DNA of 63,372 nt, the filler included, from Conidiobolus incongruus B7586 (Eukaryota), in NCBI GenBank assembly GCA_000697335.1. It is 7 parts of 7 records of this genome, joined end to end, with 100 filler letters (N's around TTAATTAATTAA, not from the genome) between each part and the next. Parts side by side here need not be neighbours in the genome. Positions count along the whole stretch, not along the records: positions 37,937 to 48,004 come from JNEM01006369.1; positions 48,105 to 56,403 come from JNEM01006371.1; 5 more parts are not named here. One strand, written 5' to 3'. Below are positions 40,809-53,392 of this stretch, piece by piece. A model generated the notes under the pieces. The model was not told where the DNA came from. It did not search any database and was given only the letters and a program-made list of their open reading frames with translations. The translations under genes and the position numbers were made by a program. Each line of letters starts with the position of its first letter. Positions within the stretch are counted from its first letter, which is position 1.

Positions 40809-41919
40809 AATCTTCAGATCCTAATTTTTTCAACGAAATAAAGAATATTTTTAATTTCTAACTGAATAACAGTGTATTTATACCAATATTTTATTTAGAA
40901 TTAACAGTGTGAAAATGGAAAATTTATCAAATTATCAGATTGCATCAAGTCATAAAAATCAACCTTTCAATTTTAATGAAATTATATGAAAATTAATGAA
41001 TTGAATCAATAAAAAATATTAATTGAATAATTAGGAGATTTTTTATTAATTTTCAACAAATGGATTGAGCATTGAGCTTAAAAACTTCAATCCACTTTAA
41101 CCAAAATTAATGTCAATTATAATGTTTTTTATTATTCCAACATCATAAAAATTATTACTATTAGATTATCAACAATCAATAGAAAAGCATTGATTCAACT
41201 ATAGTTTTCGTATCAAATAACATAATATCATAACTGGTTAAATGAATGAATATAAAAAACAGTGAATTATACATAATAATATCGATCAAGTTATTTTTTT
41301 CTATCAATTATTAATGATACATTCAATTATTCAAATACTTGTATATTCTTCAATTCAATAAAAAAACTCAAATAAGTTTTTGTTGAATCAAATAATAAAA
41401 TTTTTATACTTATGATCATAATACAAAAGATAAGTATTAATAGTATATCAGATCATCGTACGATATAATAATATGATTGATATAATATTTTTTAATATAT
41501 ATTTATGACCTTTATTAAATAATCAATATGATTCCAAGAATATTGAGAATCAATTGATAACGTTTAATACTTATTCTGTAACTTACTAATAAGATTTCAA
41601 TAAATATTTATAAATAATATAACTATTTATATTAATATAGGAAAATAAAATTAATATGAATTTTTCAAATTAATGTATATTTTAATCAATCTCATTAAAT
41701 TAATCCTAATTAATAATATATATTTCAATAAAGTTATAAAATTTTAAACTCATCTAAAATTAATGATCTCATGCTCAATCCCAAAACCCATAATAGTTTT
41801 CATTTTAACAAATATTCTTAATAAACAATACAAGGTCACTTATCCAAAATTCAATTACACAATTTAATTAATCTATATAAGTATCAAAATATAATACAAA
41901 TAGAAAAAATATTGAAATT

Positions 41920-44900
41920 ATGTGTGCTCAACTCCAACCCTTTTGGGGTGTTAGTAATTTACAACCCAGGGATGTTTGTCCAATTAGGTATGATAATATT
42001 GATTATATGGTAATTAACAAATCACTAATAATAATATATTCCCAACTAACCAACTTATATGCTATTAAAGATATACGCCTCTAGTCTCAGTGTCATCATA
42101 AGTAAAGTAGATCATATTAGCAACCAAATTGATTTGGTCCAAATCATCGACCCAATTGAAGACTATTCCAATTTTGGTAACAACAAATATTATGAGAATA
42201 TTAATAGCGTAGAGTTGAACGTTACTACGGGAAAAGTAATTGATATATAAACTATAGGTGATAGGTTATTGATGTAATTTAGTTGGTTTTTACTTTAGGT
42301 AATTTGATATACGTTTATTATAGTCAAAAAGTGGAAGATGATAAGAAGAAATGGAATGAAAATAATGATATTGGATTGGTGGTTTTTATAAATAGTAGTA
42401 ATAAGGTGAAACAAACTCAGTATAAGGTAAAATCATTCAAAATGTTTTGAATAGTGGACAAAAAATATTGAAATATCCCTCTTAGTGGCATTTTGACTGC
42501 GTTTTACAATGCGAATCAATGGTAACAGGTGCTACTTGGTTCGATAACGGTAAAAGCTATACTTATTCACTTAAAAAAACATTATTAATCTATATTAAAT
42601 AGGTAATTTATTAACATCGGGTGACGATATAATCATATGGAAATCTACAAACAAATCCTTTACAAAATTAACCACTTACAAGTAATCTAACGCCAACCTA
42701 AATGGTTTAATACAACTAATTTATTATTTTTAGGCCTTCCAGTACAATTTATTTGAGTTCACTATCGCCTGACAATTGTTGGTTTGCAACTATTGGCAAA
42801 GTAAAAAAAATCCTTATCACATAAATATTGACTAAACAAAACTTAGAACGATCGCTTAGTAAAAATATGGCAAGTGCCTACGTCAGGTAATATCATAAAC
42901 TGGTTTATAAACAGTTTTAATTAAATGTTTTTTAGAACCTCATACTTTTAAAAGTGTACCCTACGCCTATTTAAAACATCCCAGAGCAGTAATCGAAATT
43001 CGTTGGAAATTAAATTCTAGAAAATATTTGGCAGATGGAAACCAAAATCAGTAAGTCATAAAATAATCAAATAATATTATGGCATTGAATTGATTTTTTA
43101 TTAGATTGCCAGTAGTGTGTACGTGGTGTTTAGATGGTATATTTAGGATATGGTCCCCCATCAATCCACTACAGCCCAATATGTTCTTCCTTTGCGGGAA
43201 TATTAATCCTAATACATTTATATCGGAACCTCCAGCGAGTCCCAATCAACCGCATTTGGAGGAGTGTGAATCCGTTACCAAGACATCGTGTATGTTGAGT
43301 AACGATCTCGAATCCAATCAAGCTTCTTTCCAAAATTCACCATTCCATTGGGTGGATGCGTCAGTTTTAAGGGCTTTGGTGCTACATGAATTAAAACTAC
43401 TGGAAACGAAATGTCAACAAGGCCTTGAAAAGACCCATATGGACAACTTACACCAACAGCTGTTACAGGATCTTCTCGATAGAGAACCAGACCTCCTATT
43501 CCGGGTGCAACAAGACGGATCTCTAACATTTTGGAGGGTGGAACAACTTGGTAAACTACCATTCCGCACCTGCAAAATCTTCATGATGACAAGGATCCCC
43601 AATGCATTTTCCCTCAATTTGAGCAAAGGCTCCAACGGCCCTGGTTGGGTTGTGGATGCTTGTATAAATGACTCATCCGCTGTACTCACTGTCTATGTCC
43701 ACACTGTCAAGGGCGAAGTCACTCTGTTCAATATGCGACTCACTGATTTGTTATTCCCGGACCAGAGTGGAAGTCAAGTGACGACACAGCACATCTGGTC
43801 AGGTCAACATGGTGATACCTCAATTTTACAAGGGTTCGAAAACGGGTACCAAATCTCCGTATCCGTTGATAACGAAGTGGGAGTATTCATATCAGATCCG
43901 GAATTCGACCACTCCAAACTGACAAAAACGTTCGCCTTCAATATTCCTAATCTGAAATGTTTCGACCTTCTAAACGATTTGACATTTGTGTTTCTAGATC
44001 CAGAATTCATCTATCTGTATATATTCCCCCACAAGAATACTTACGAACATTTACACTTGAACAAAATTCCACATACCACCACTGTGACGAAACTTAAAGT
44101 ATTCTACTGTAAGACCCGAAAATTTGATAAGATTATTGTTGGATTAGATATCAAAAAAAATCAAAGTCATTTTTGGAGTTATAAAAACACGAATGGTACT
44201 AGACATCAATTAGATTATTTGGGTAGTGATACAATTCCTTTTGATACTGATGATAAGTTCGAATGGATTCCTAGCTATCAGTCTCAATTTGGGGAATTTA
44301 CGCAGGTGGAGGCTATAGTCACTTACGACAGTAATCATCACTGTAAATTATGGACTATTGACATTGATAAAATCGGATCCAAATCAGTGTGGAATGCTAC
44401 CACTACACTTGATTTATCTCACTATAAATTGAATGACATTATCTTGAAAGTAGGGTACAGAGGCGAAATCGCAATCATTACTAAATCTTCCAAACAATTT
44501 TACGCATTGACGTGGGATTTGCGATTTGGTATATTTGATATTTTTAAAATTTTGGAATTACCCAAATTGGAACTGGATAATGCAGAAATAACGGATTTAG
44601 CTTGGGGTTACTCGTCAACCAATGATAGTTTCTTAGCTTTGAGTTTCCATAGCAAAATTTTGGTGTATTGTTTAAATAATGAGAATTACCAGACGAGATG
44701 GAAAAAGGTCAATGAATTTGAATTACCTCAATATGCTAAGGATCCCATTAGCCATTTGGCATTTAATACTTCGGGATCTTTATTGATTTCCGCTGGGTCT
44801 CAATTGTTTAATCTGAGTATTTGGAAGAATTCAAAATGGATGATCGACCAATTCATCACGAATACGCCATCCAAACCTCTGCACAGTCCCAAGAGTGTAT

Positions 44901-46660
44901 TACATTTGGTTAAGTGGGGTCTCAGTAATCTCATCAATGCCAGTTGGAAACATATTTACAAATTCTTTTCGTTTCAATACCCAGATATTAACGAATCTCC
45001 ATTGATTATTCCTCCATTGCCCTACACCAATATAGTTGACTATTGCAATGGAGATAATCCTGCCTCTAAGCCGGTATCCCACACAGCGGAAGCTTTGTTC
45101 AGCACATCTACTTCCCTCTGGGGGAATGATGATACTGACAACGATCCATCGAGTGCATTGTCTAATAATCAATATTCCAAATTAATTGATTATTTCCAAC
45201 GTTACGATATTGAAGGCTTAGCCAAAAATGACAAGAGTGATTTGGCGCAAATTATCAATCTTCATCGGAACTTAAAATCCAATTTGACAACGTTCGACAA
45301 TTATGGCTTCTACTTTTATTTCTTAGATCAATTAAACCTAAACAATCCCAACATTCCAAAATCTCAACAAATATCGAGTGGCTTAGCATGGGCGTACAGT
45401 TCCGAAACTCAGCAACAATTAACCTCCCAAAATCTATCCAACCTGGTAGAATTACCAGACTGGGAACGATTCAAATCCCTAGGTATGCAACTATGGTTAC
45501 AAAGTGACTACCAACTATCCCAAGAAATTGAAAAATTCGCTAGAAATCAATTCAGTGTGGACAGAGAGCCCTCCCGATGTGGATTGTATTACCTAGCCAT
45601 GAAGAAACGTCGTTTACTTCTAGCGATGTGGAAATCGTCGACACATCATAAGGAACAGGCGACTATGGTCAAGTTCTTGAGCAATGATTTTGACGACGAT
45701 AGATGGAAGAGAGCAGCTTTAAAGAATGCGTTTGTATTGATCAGTAGACAGAGGTATTGGGATTCCGTGAGTTTTTTCTTATTGGGTGACTCCCTAAAAG
45801 ATGCGATTAACGTATGTCTTAAATATTTGGAGGATTGGGATCTTGCACTCCTAATTACTAGACTTTTTGAGGGTTTAGAATCGGAAAATTGTCAAACTAT
45901 TATCAGGGAGTATATCATACCTAATGCAATTAGGATTGGAGATAGAGATAAAGTTTTCATAGGATACTCTTTAATTGGTGATAAGTTAACAGCTTATAAA
46001 TCTCTTATTTTACCAATTGACGAATTGTTCCAAGAATATGTTCAAAATGATAATAAGGAAATTATGCAAAGATCTTCACCTTTAGTTGAACTTTATATCT
46101 TATTACAAAATAACAAAAACTCTAGAGTGGAGATTGGTATTGACCTAGAAGTTAAGGGTATTGTCAACTGTGTTGAATACTTCCTGAGTGTTGGATTACC
46201 CCATTTAGCCGCAATTACTTTGATACGTTGGAAGAGATTGGCAGATAGCAGACTGAATGAAACGAACGATTCGAATGACAGTAATAAAATTAGTGAGAGT
46301 CAAATGATTGATTCTGGTCAGTTGGATTTCGACAGCTGGGGATGGGGTACCTCCACAACTACAACTACTACTTCCAAAGCCCCATCTACCACACTCGACA
46401 AATTATCCACGGATATCGTCAAATTTGGCGATGTTTCCAAAAACTCCGAAAATCGATCAATACTAAAACGTTTGGAACCTATTAGAACACTTTTGGATGA
46501 TTGTCTCAACAAGGAATATTTACAATTCCAAGTACATGCATCACGATTGCTGGAGGATTTGCACCAACCCGACTGGAATCAATACCTTAGGGATTGGAAT
46601 GAAGGCTTACAAAAGTTACAAAAGATTTGGACTGAGGAATTTGTTACAAATCAAAAATAA
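41920..46660 (+). CDS. RAV1: RAVE complex subunit Rav1 (WD40 + Rav1p_C), 9 exons, ~1439 aa
   Basis: Exons 41920-42009, 42071-42235, 42283-42426, 42486-42549, 42603-42681, 42734-42800, 42847-42886, 42936-43050, 43105-46660 (GT-AG, 4320 nt, in frame). Motifs DRLVKIW, YLKHPRAV, DGIFRIW, AWAYSSETQ, FLSNDF..DRWKRAALKNAFVLISRQRY...FFLLGDSLKDAINVC. Confidence 0.95.
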
Positions 46661-47051
46661 ATTGGTAGAATGTTGAAAACAGTGTGCAACAGCAAATCAG
46701 TATAAGAACCCATACCAAGTTTTGCAAAAATTCAAGATCTGTGAGTATGATTATATTATTGAAATAAAACCTTATCAGTTCAAACTTTCAAAATATTTTA
46801 TATTTTACACTCATTTTTGTTTAAATTAGACCATTAAATCAAGGTTATCTGAATGCTATAATTTATTTATATAAATTAACTCAAAACTATTTTTAAATAT
46901 GTATTTTGAAACTGATTTACTAATAATGGTTAATCAAGATATAATTAAAGATATGAATTTTAAGCTAAGTACATTATATTACAAAAAATTAATTTTATAA
47001 TCAATAATTAATTCAAAATTTGTTGCACAATGTAGTAAGTCAATATATATA

Positions 47052-47346
47052 CACAAGCCCACAAAAGCAGGATATAAAATTAAAATCACTTATCTTTTTA
47101 TTATTAGCTTAATCAATTTTGATTTAAATTAACTTATATTTAACTATATAATTAATATATATTTTTTATATATAATATTATTTATAGTTAAAATTAATTA
47201 ATTATTAATTGATATATTAAAACTAAATATTTAAATAAGGTAAGTTTTAAACTTATTGGTTTTATTTATCATATGAAAATTAATATTTAATATATTTACC
47301 TTTTATTTTTTAATTCTTTTAAGTATATAAGGTATAAAATGAATTA
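47052..47346 (-). mobile_element. Tc1-family relic, 3' end, interrupted by a mariner
   Basis: TA|CACAAGCCCACAAAAGCAGG... matches the family TIR (CACTGATCCACAAAAGTAAG); inner repeat AAGGTAAGTTTTAAA ~47237; degenerate C-terminus (...KGKYIKY*) on minus strand. Confidence 0.7.
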
Positions 47347-48004
47347 TTACTTTGTATTTAAAATAATGGGAGATTTTTGCAATTAAAAATAAATAAACAT
47401 TTTAATATATAATATATAAAAATAAATATATAATATAAATTTAATATTTTTTTATTATTAATAACTTTTTGCCATATTTTTAGCAAGCTTTTAATACCTA
47501 AAAAATAGTTTTTTTATTAAAGACTAAAATTTGATATTTTATAAACCAATTATATTTTCTTATAAAAATTTTCTTTTTTATAAAATAGTTTTTCAATGAC
47601 CTAAAGTAATTATAATCATACAAGTTATAATTTAAAGAATATACTAGATATAATAGTTTTTTCAAGTTATTTTTAATTAGAAAATATTTTATAGGTAATG
47701 ATTTATATATTTTATAATTATCATATAAAATAATAAGTCTATTTAAATTATATTAAAAATATTAATTAAATATTGTTTTATTTAAAAAAGCAATATAAAG
47801 CTTATCATTAATTAATTTTCTTTTAAAAATTTAATAAAAGTTGTATATACCATTAATAATCTATTATAATAATAAACATTTATTTATTAATAAAATATTT
47901 ATTTAAAGTGATTTATATAAGTGATTAAATTAATTTATTTTAGAGTTTTGATTTATGTTTTAGTAAAGGATTATATATAAAAATTTAAAATTAATCAATT
48001 ATAA
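47347..48004 (-). mobile_element. Mariner (DD34D) transposase relic, 3' half
   Basis: 47740-47581 translates RLIILYDNYKIYKSLPIKYFLIKNNLKKLLYLVYSLNYNLYDYNYFRSLKNYF. Reversing C>T/G>A gives LHDN..HK...LPHPAYSPD.NPCDY..FRSL with exactly 34 residues between the Ds. Downstream GIKSLLKIWQKVI matches the mariner C-terminus. Confidence 0.8.
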
Positions 48005-51000
48005 NNNNNNNNNNNNNNNNNNNNNNNNNNNNNNNNNNNNNNNNNNNNTTAATTAATTAANNNNNNNNNNNNNNNNNNNNNNNNNNNNNNNNNNNNNNNN
48101 NNNNATAATATAGGTAAAAATTCAAAAATTAAAAAAATTTTCTATTTTTTTATTTTCAACAAATAATAATTATAAAATTTTAATAATATTTAAATCCCTC
48201 TATAATTAATAAAATATTTTTTAATTATCTAAATATATATTTATTTATTTTTTAAGTTTAAGGAATTATAATATTAATTTTTTTACTCTCGTTACTATAA
48301 TATCAAATAGAATATTATATTAAAATATTATTACTTAAATTTTAAGATATCTAAAATTCGAATATATATAAGTATTATTACTATTATTATTATGAATTAT
48401 CTTTATATAAAGTTTCAACAAATATATAAAGTTAAATAAAATTTTCATTAATATTAGAAATTATTTATAAAATTAAATATAGTAAATTTGATAGAGAAAA
48501 AAAACATTAAATCTTAAAATATAAATGATTTTAATTCAGGTATTTTTATATATTAATTAAATTTTCATATTAATTAAACCAAAATTATTTTAATTCAAAA
48601 TCAAAAAATTACGTATGATTATTATAGAATAGATAGATATTATATCTATAGTAGACGAGTTAGTTATAAATATTAACATTATATCTTATAAAATTTTATA
48701 TTATATATTAAAACTAAAATATAAGAAAAATTAAATATAAAGGATAATCTATTAGAGTTCAAGAAAGAAAAATACCATACTTAAATTTTTTAAATTAAAA
48801 AATGAATTTCAATTGAATATAGTGTAAAAAACCAATAGGTTTTTCAATATGCAAATAACTATATATATATATATTTAAAAGTAATTAATTTAAGTATTTA
48901 TCTATAAAATTAATCATAACCAAACTAATTCAAGACCATTGGAATAAAGTTTTATTATGATTATATATATAGACTAATTTGTCTCTTATATTATTATGAA
49001 ATATAAACATATATAAGAAATTGAAATTATTTAACAAAAAATAATTTGAAATTATAAATTTAAATGAGTAAATAATTTTTAATATGATTTTTTATTATTC
49101 TAAACCTTTTCGATTTGAAAATTAAATTATTGATTATTAATATATAAACTAAAATAATATAAAATATTTTAAATGTGAAAAGTAAAGAAAAATTGAAAAT
49201 TGATTAAAAATGTATTATAATATTTATATTATTATTAGATATAATTATAACTTGATATTACATTATCAGATACTTCGCTTTAATTGGAATAGATTCTTTA
49301 TAAAAGAATTGAATACGATATGCTTGTCAATGGCGATTTGAGCTAATATTGATTATTCATTGTTTAATAGAAATTAATTTGAATATAAAATATTTGAAAT
49401 TATCAATTATTTATTAATATTTATTATTACTCATTGTGAACTATGTGTTGAAAAATCGGCAAAGTATCAGTTGTATAGAAGCAAAGAGAAGGATGATTGG
49501 GTAAGTAATTCTGTAAGAGACTTCGAGTGAAATCATAAAGCTTGATAAAGTACAGATTGAGCTAGATACTAATAGAATACATTACTAAAATTAATGAGTG
49601 AGCAAAGGAAATAGATTTGTGACAATTGAAATGAAGTAATATCCTAATTAACTAGTATACATCAAACTACTGGAGATATCCATGTATAACATATAGCTAT
49701 CAAAGAGGAATTTTATCATTCAATATTGTCTATTAATATTAGATAATAATAAAATCAAATTTCATATAATTTTATGAATATTAGTGTGTCATTTTATAGT
49801 TATATATTATGATACTATATTAAAAATTTTGAATATTTTAACATAATATTTTAAGAAAGAAATTTTAAATTACTTTTAAATATTTATTAAATGTGGCATA
49901 TCCAACTGAAAATTTTACTTTTAATATCAATATACAATTGATATTTTGAATAATAGCCTTATAATACTTCTCTTATTTGAGTTTTTATTCATTTTAATTA
50001 GAGTGATTCACTTAATTTTTCAAATGATATAGAATTCAATAATAGTTGAAATATAAGATATTAAAATAATTTAGAATTTAATAGAAATTGTTTAAATATA
50101 AATGGTATTAAAAATTTAAAAATTTAATAATTTAATTTAATATTATTTAAACCATATAAATTTAATTACATATTAAAAATATTTTTTATAACTAAGAAAT
50201 TAACATTTTATTGAAAAATTATCAATTTCAATGACATAATAGAATTGAGTTATTGTAAATTATTCAAGTTATTAATATTAAAAAAATAATTTATTTTAAA
50301 CGTCATATTAAATGCATAGATTGTAAAAGTATATTTACTAGTATTGTTAAAATATTGATATCTATTAATTATTAATTTTACACTTATCTATATCATAAAA
50401 TCAAATATAGAATTATCATATTTTAAATTATACATATATCAAGTCGCATTAATAGAAATTTCTTTTCACTTTTTATTATTATCAATATTAAGCTGTAAAA
50501 TTAACTAGGTTATTATAGTCAAGGAATCAGCACGGACTGTATCAAGGTAATCTTTTTAATAGAGTTCTTATTGATAACTATCAATATACATATTAAATTG
50601 CATTTCTAATGATCTAAATGAAATTTAATATTAGAATATTCATTAATGTGCAAAAAATGAAATACTAGCATTAGTTTGATCGCTATACATCAATAGAATA
50701 GAATGCTGTAAAATATATTCAGTAATATGATTAAATTAAAGGATTCTAACTCAAATTTAATAACGATTTAATAGATAAAAAGAGTATAAATTGGGTAATA
50801 TTTAATTAAAATAAATTTAGTCAACATTAACAAAATTACTAGAATTAGTCAAATGAAGTTGATTAAATCCACATGGTTGACAAATTTTGAAATGCATTAA
50901 ATTGATTACAATTTAACCTACTTAAGATTATATGGTTGGATCACTTCCGAAGCTTTTATTAATTTATTAATATAAGTCCTAAATGGTTTTATTGGATTTT

Positions 51001-53324
51001 AATATTTTTTTAAATTCAATGATTTAAGGTTGATTTGTAGAGTTTATCCATAGTTATATTATACAGAATTGGAAATATAAAATATGTATTTCAAAATTAT
51101 AATATATCAATTTATTAACGAGAGATTTTTAAAAGTGTTATGAATATTAATTTAATACGTAAAATGAATAACATTATAAATTTACAAAAGCAACTTAAAA
51201 ATTATATTTCTAATTTTTTAACACGAGAATATGAACAAATTCCAGTAATAAAATAAAAAGTGAAAAATTAAAATATTTGTATCACCTAAGATGTTAATTT
51301 ATCTATGAAAATAATAAATCAAATTTCAATTGTAATTTTTATCAGTTTTCAAATCTTGAAATATCTATTTCATTGTAAATTTGGAGTGATACTAAATGAA
51401 TGATACCAAATTTGATATCTAAAGGGACTTTGGTTGAATTGTACATGGTCATGATATAGGTGGATATTTGATGCTGGAAGCTGTGAGGTGCAACATGAAA
51501 GTTAGATGCTCTCTATATTTAGTATAATGAGGCATTTTTATACTTCCAAAAATTATTTAAATATTCAACTCTTTGAGATAATATATATTTATAGTTTCTA
51601 TGGTACTGAATACTGAATTATATTTAGTTCTATAATTTAAAAATAGCTGTAACATTCAATTATTAATTTCAATATCATTATATAATTACCATTGTACATC
51701 ATTATAAATCTGATATAAATATTTGAAAAATTATCCATTTTGATAATAAGTCAATATCAAAATAAATTTTAAATTCGAATATTCAAAATTAATTAATTTT
51801 AATGGATTTTAATTAGATCATGACTTTGTAATATATAGATTGAAATGTGCTTTTTATCAATATTATTCCTTACAATACTATCACTTCATGACAATTAGGA
51901 ATATGCTTATCTTTGAAAATATTATAAATAAACTAGTTTTAACAAATGAAATGATCAAAAATGGCTTAAATTTATTCTTTATATATCCTTAATAGATCTA
52001 AATGAGGCATATCGAGTATAGCATTCAGGACTAATACTCCATATCGAATTTATTAGCCTCAATTATATCATAAAAGTATTAAAAATAATCCAAAGCAAAA
52101 TAAATTATTGGATTAAACTCGATCAAATGAAATCTTTTACCAAGTTTAAATTAATGAATTAAAAAATTCATTAATATTTTTATTAAATTTCTCTTATTAA
52201 TAATATTATTTGGATTGAATTTAGCTCTATTACTAATTAAAGGTTAAGATTTTTACTAGTTTCTCCTATCAATATAATTTATCTGTTAGGTTTGATCTTT
52301 TGGTTTAGTGGATTGAATATAGCCACATTTTGTTTAACCCAAGTAATCCATCAATCTGTTTGTATGATAAAATTCTCATATAACGGAAAATAATTGTTAT
52401 AATACTTATGAAATTGGTTATTTTTAACATCATTTAATATTAAATCACAAAATAAACAAACAATTTTAAAGGATACAATGTTAAGAGTTTGTTCTATTAA
52501 TTAAAAGGATATTGAATACAATTTGTAAAGTGAAAATAAAAAGATAATGATCTATTTGATTTGAAAACTCGATTATACACTTGAATTTATCCAATTTAAT
52601 CACCAGTGATCATTTTGTTTAAACTATTAATTAAAAATGGAAAGGGTGATATTATGACTATTTTCGTTAATTACTCACTATTTTTAAGGGATTAAAGATT
52701 TTGATAGATTTCAAAAGAATCATTTATTGAATGCGAATATTATCAGATTATATCAATTAAATAATAATAATTAATTTTTTTGAGTATTTGATAATATTTA
52801 CTAGGTTATAAATTTCAGGCTGAATTCGTTTGATGTTTTTCCGGAATTAAATAATATTTGATTAGTACTAAGTTAAAAAAATTAAATATCTAATATAATA
52901 ATTAAAAGTAACTATATTATTATCATGCTTTTTAATTTATTAATTTAATACGTATTGTTAATTGTTATCTCTTATCATCAATATTAAAATATTAAAAAAA
53001 TATTAATAATTCTAAAATCATTATTTAACCTCATATTATCCAATTATACTAAAGTATTTTGAACTTTAAAAAACTGAAAGTTAATTTGATAGGATTTATC
53101 AGTAAATTAAAAAAATTTATTAAAATAAAAATTAGAAATTCAAAATAATTATGCAAAAGAATTAAGCTTAAGTAAATTTCCTATTGAAAACTCCACAATT
53201 ACCTAATTAACCTATCAGAATGTCGCATGGGAGTTAGAAAAATAAGATAAACCATTCTAAATCCAGTAAAATTCAGTTGAATCATTTAAGATTGTACAAT
53301 GTGAACAATGATGTATGTCTGGAA

Positions 53325-53332
53325 TATAAATA
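53325..53332 (+). promoter_or_regulatory. TATA box of hexosaminidase gene
   Basis: TATAAATA 60 nt upstream of ATG. Confidence 0.55.
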
Positions 53333-53392
53333 GGTCAGAATGCTTACTAGTAATTCAATAACAACCATTTTCACTTTGTAAATAATTACATC

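Noticed and set aside
52150..52175. 11-bp hairpin ATTAATGAATT/AATTCATTAAT
   Set aside because: Almost pure AT; expected by chance at this composition.
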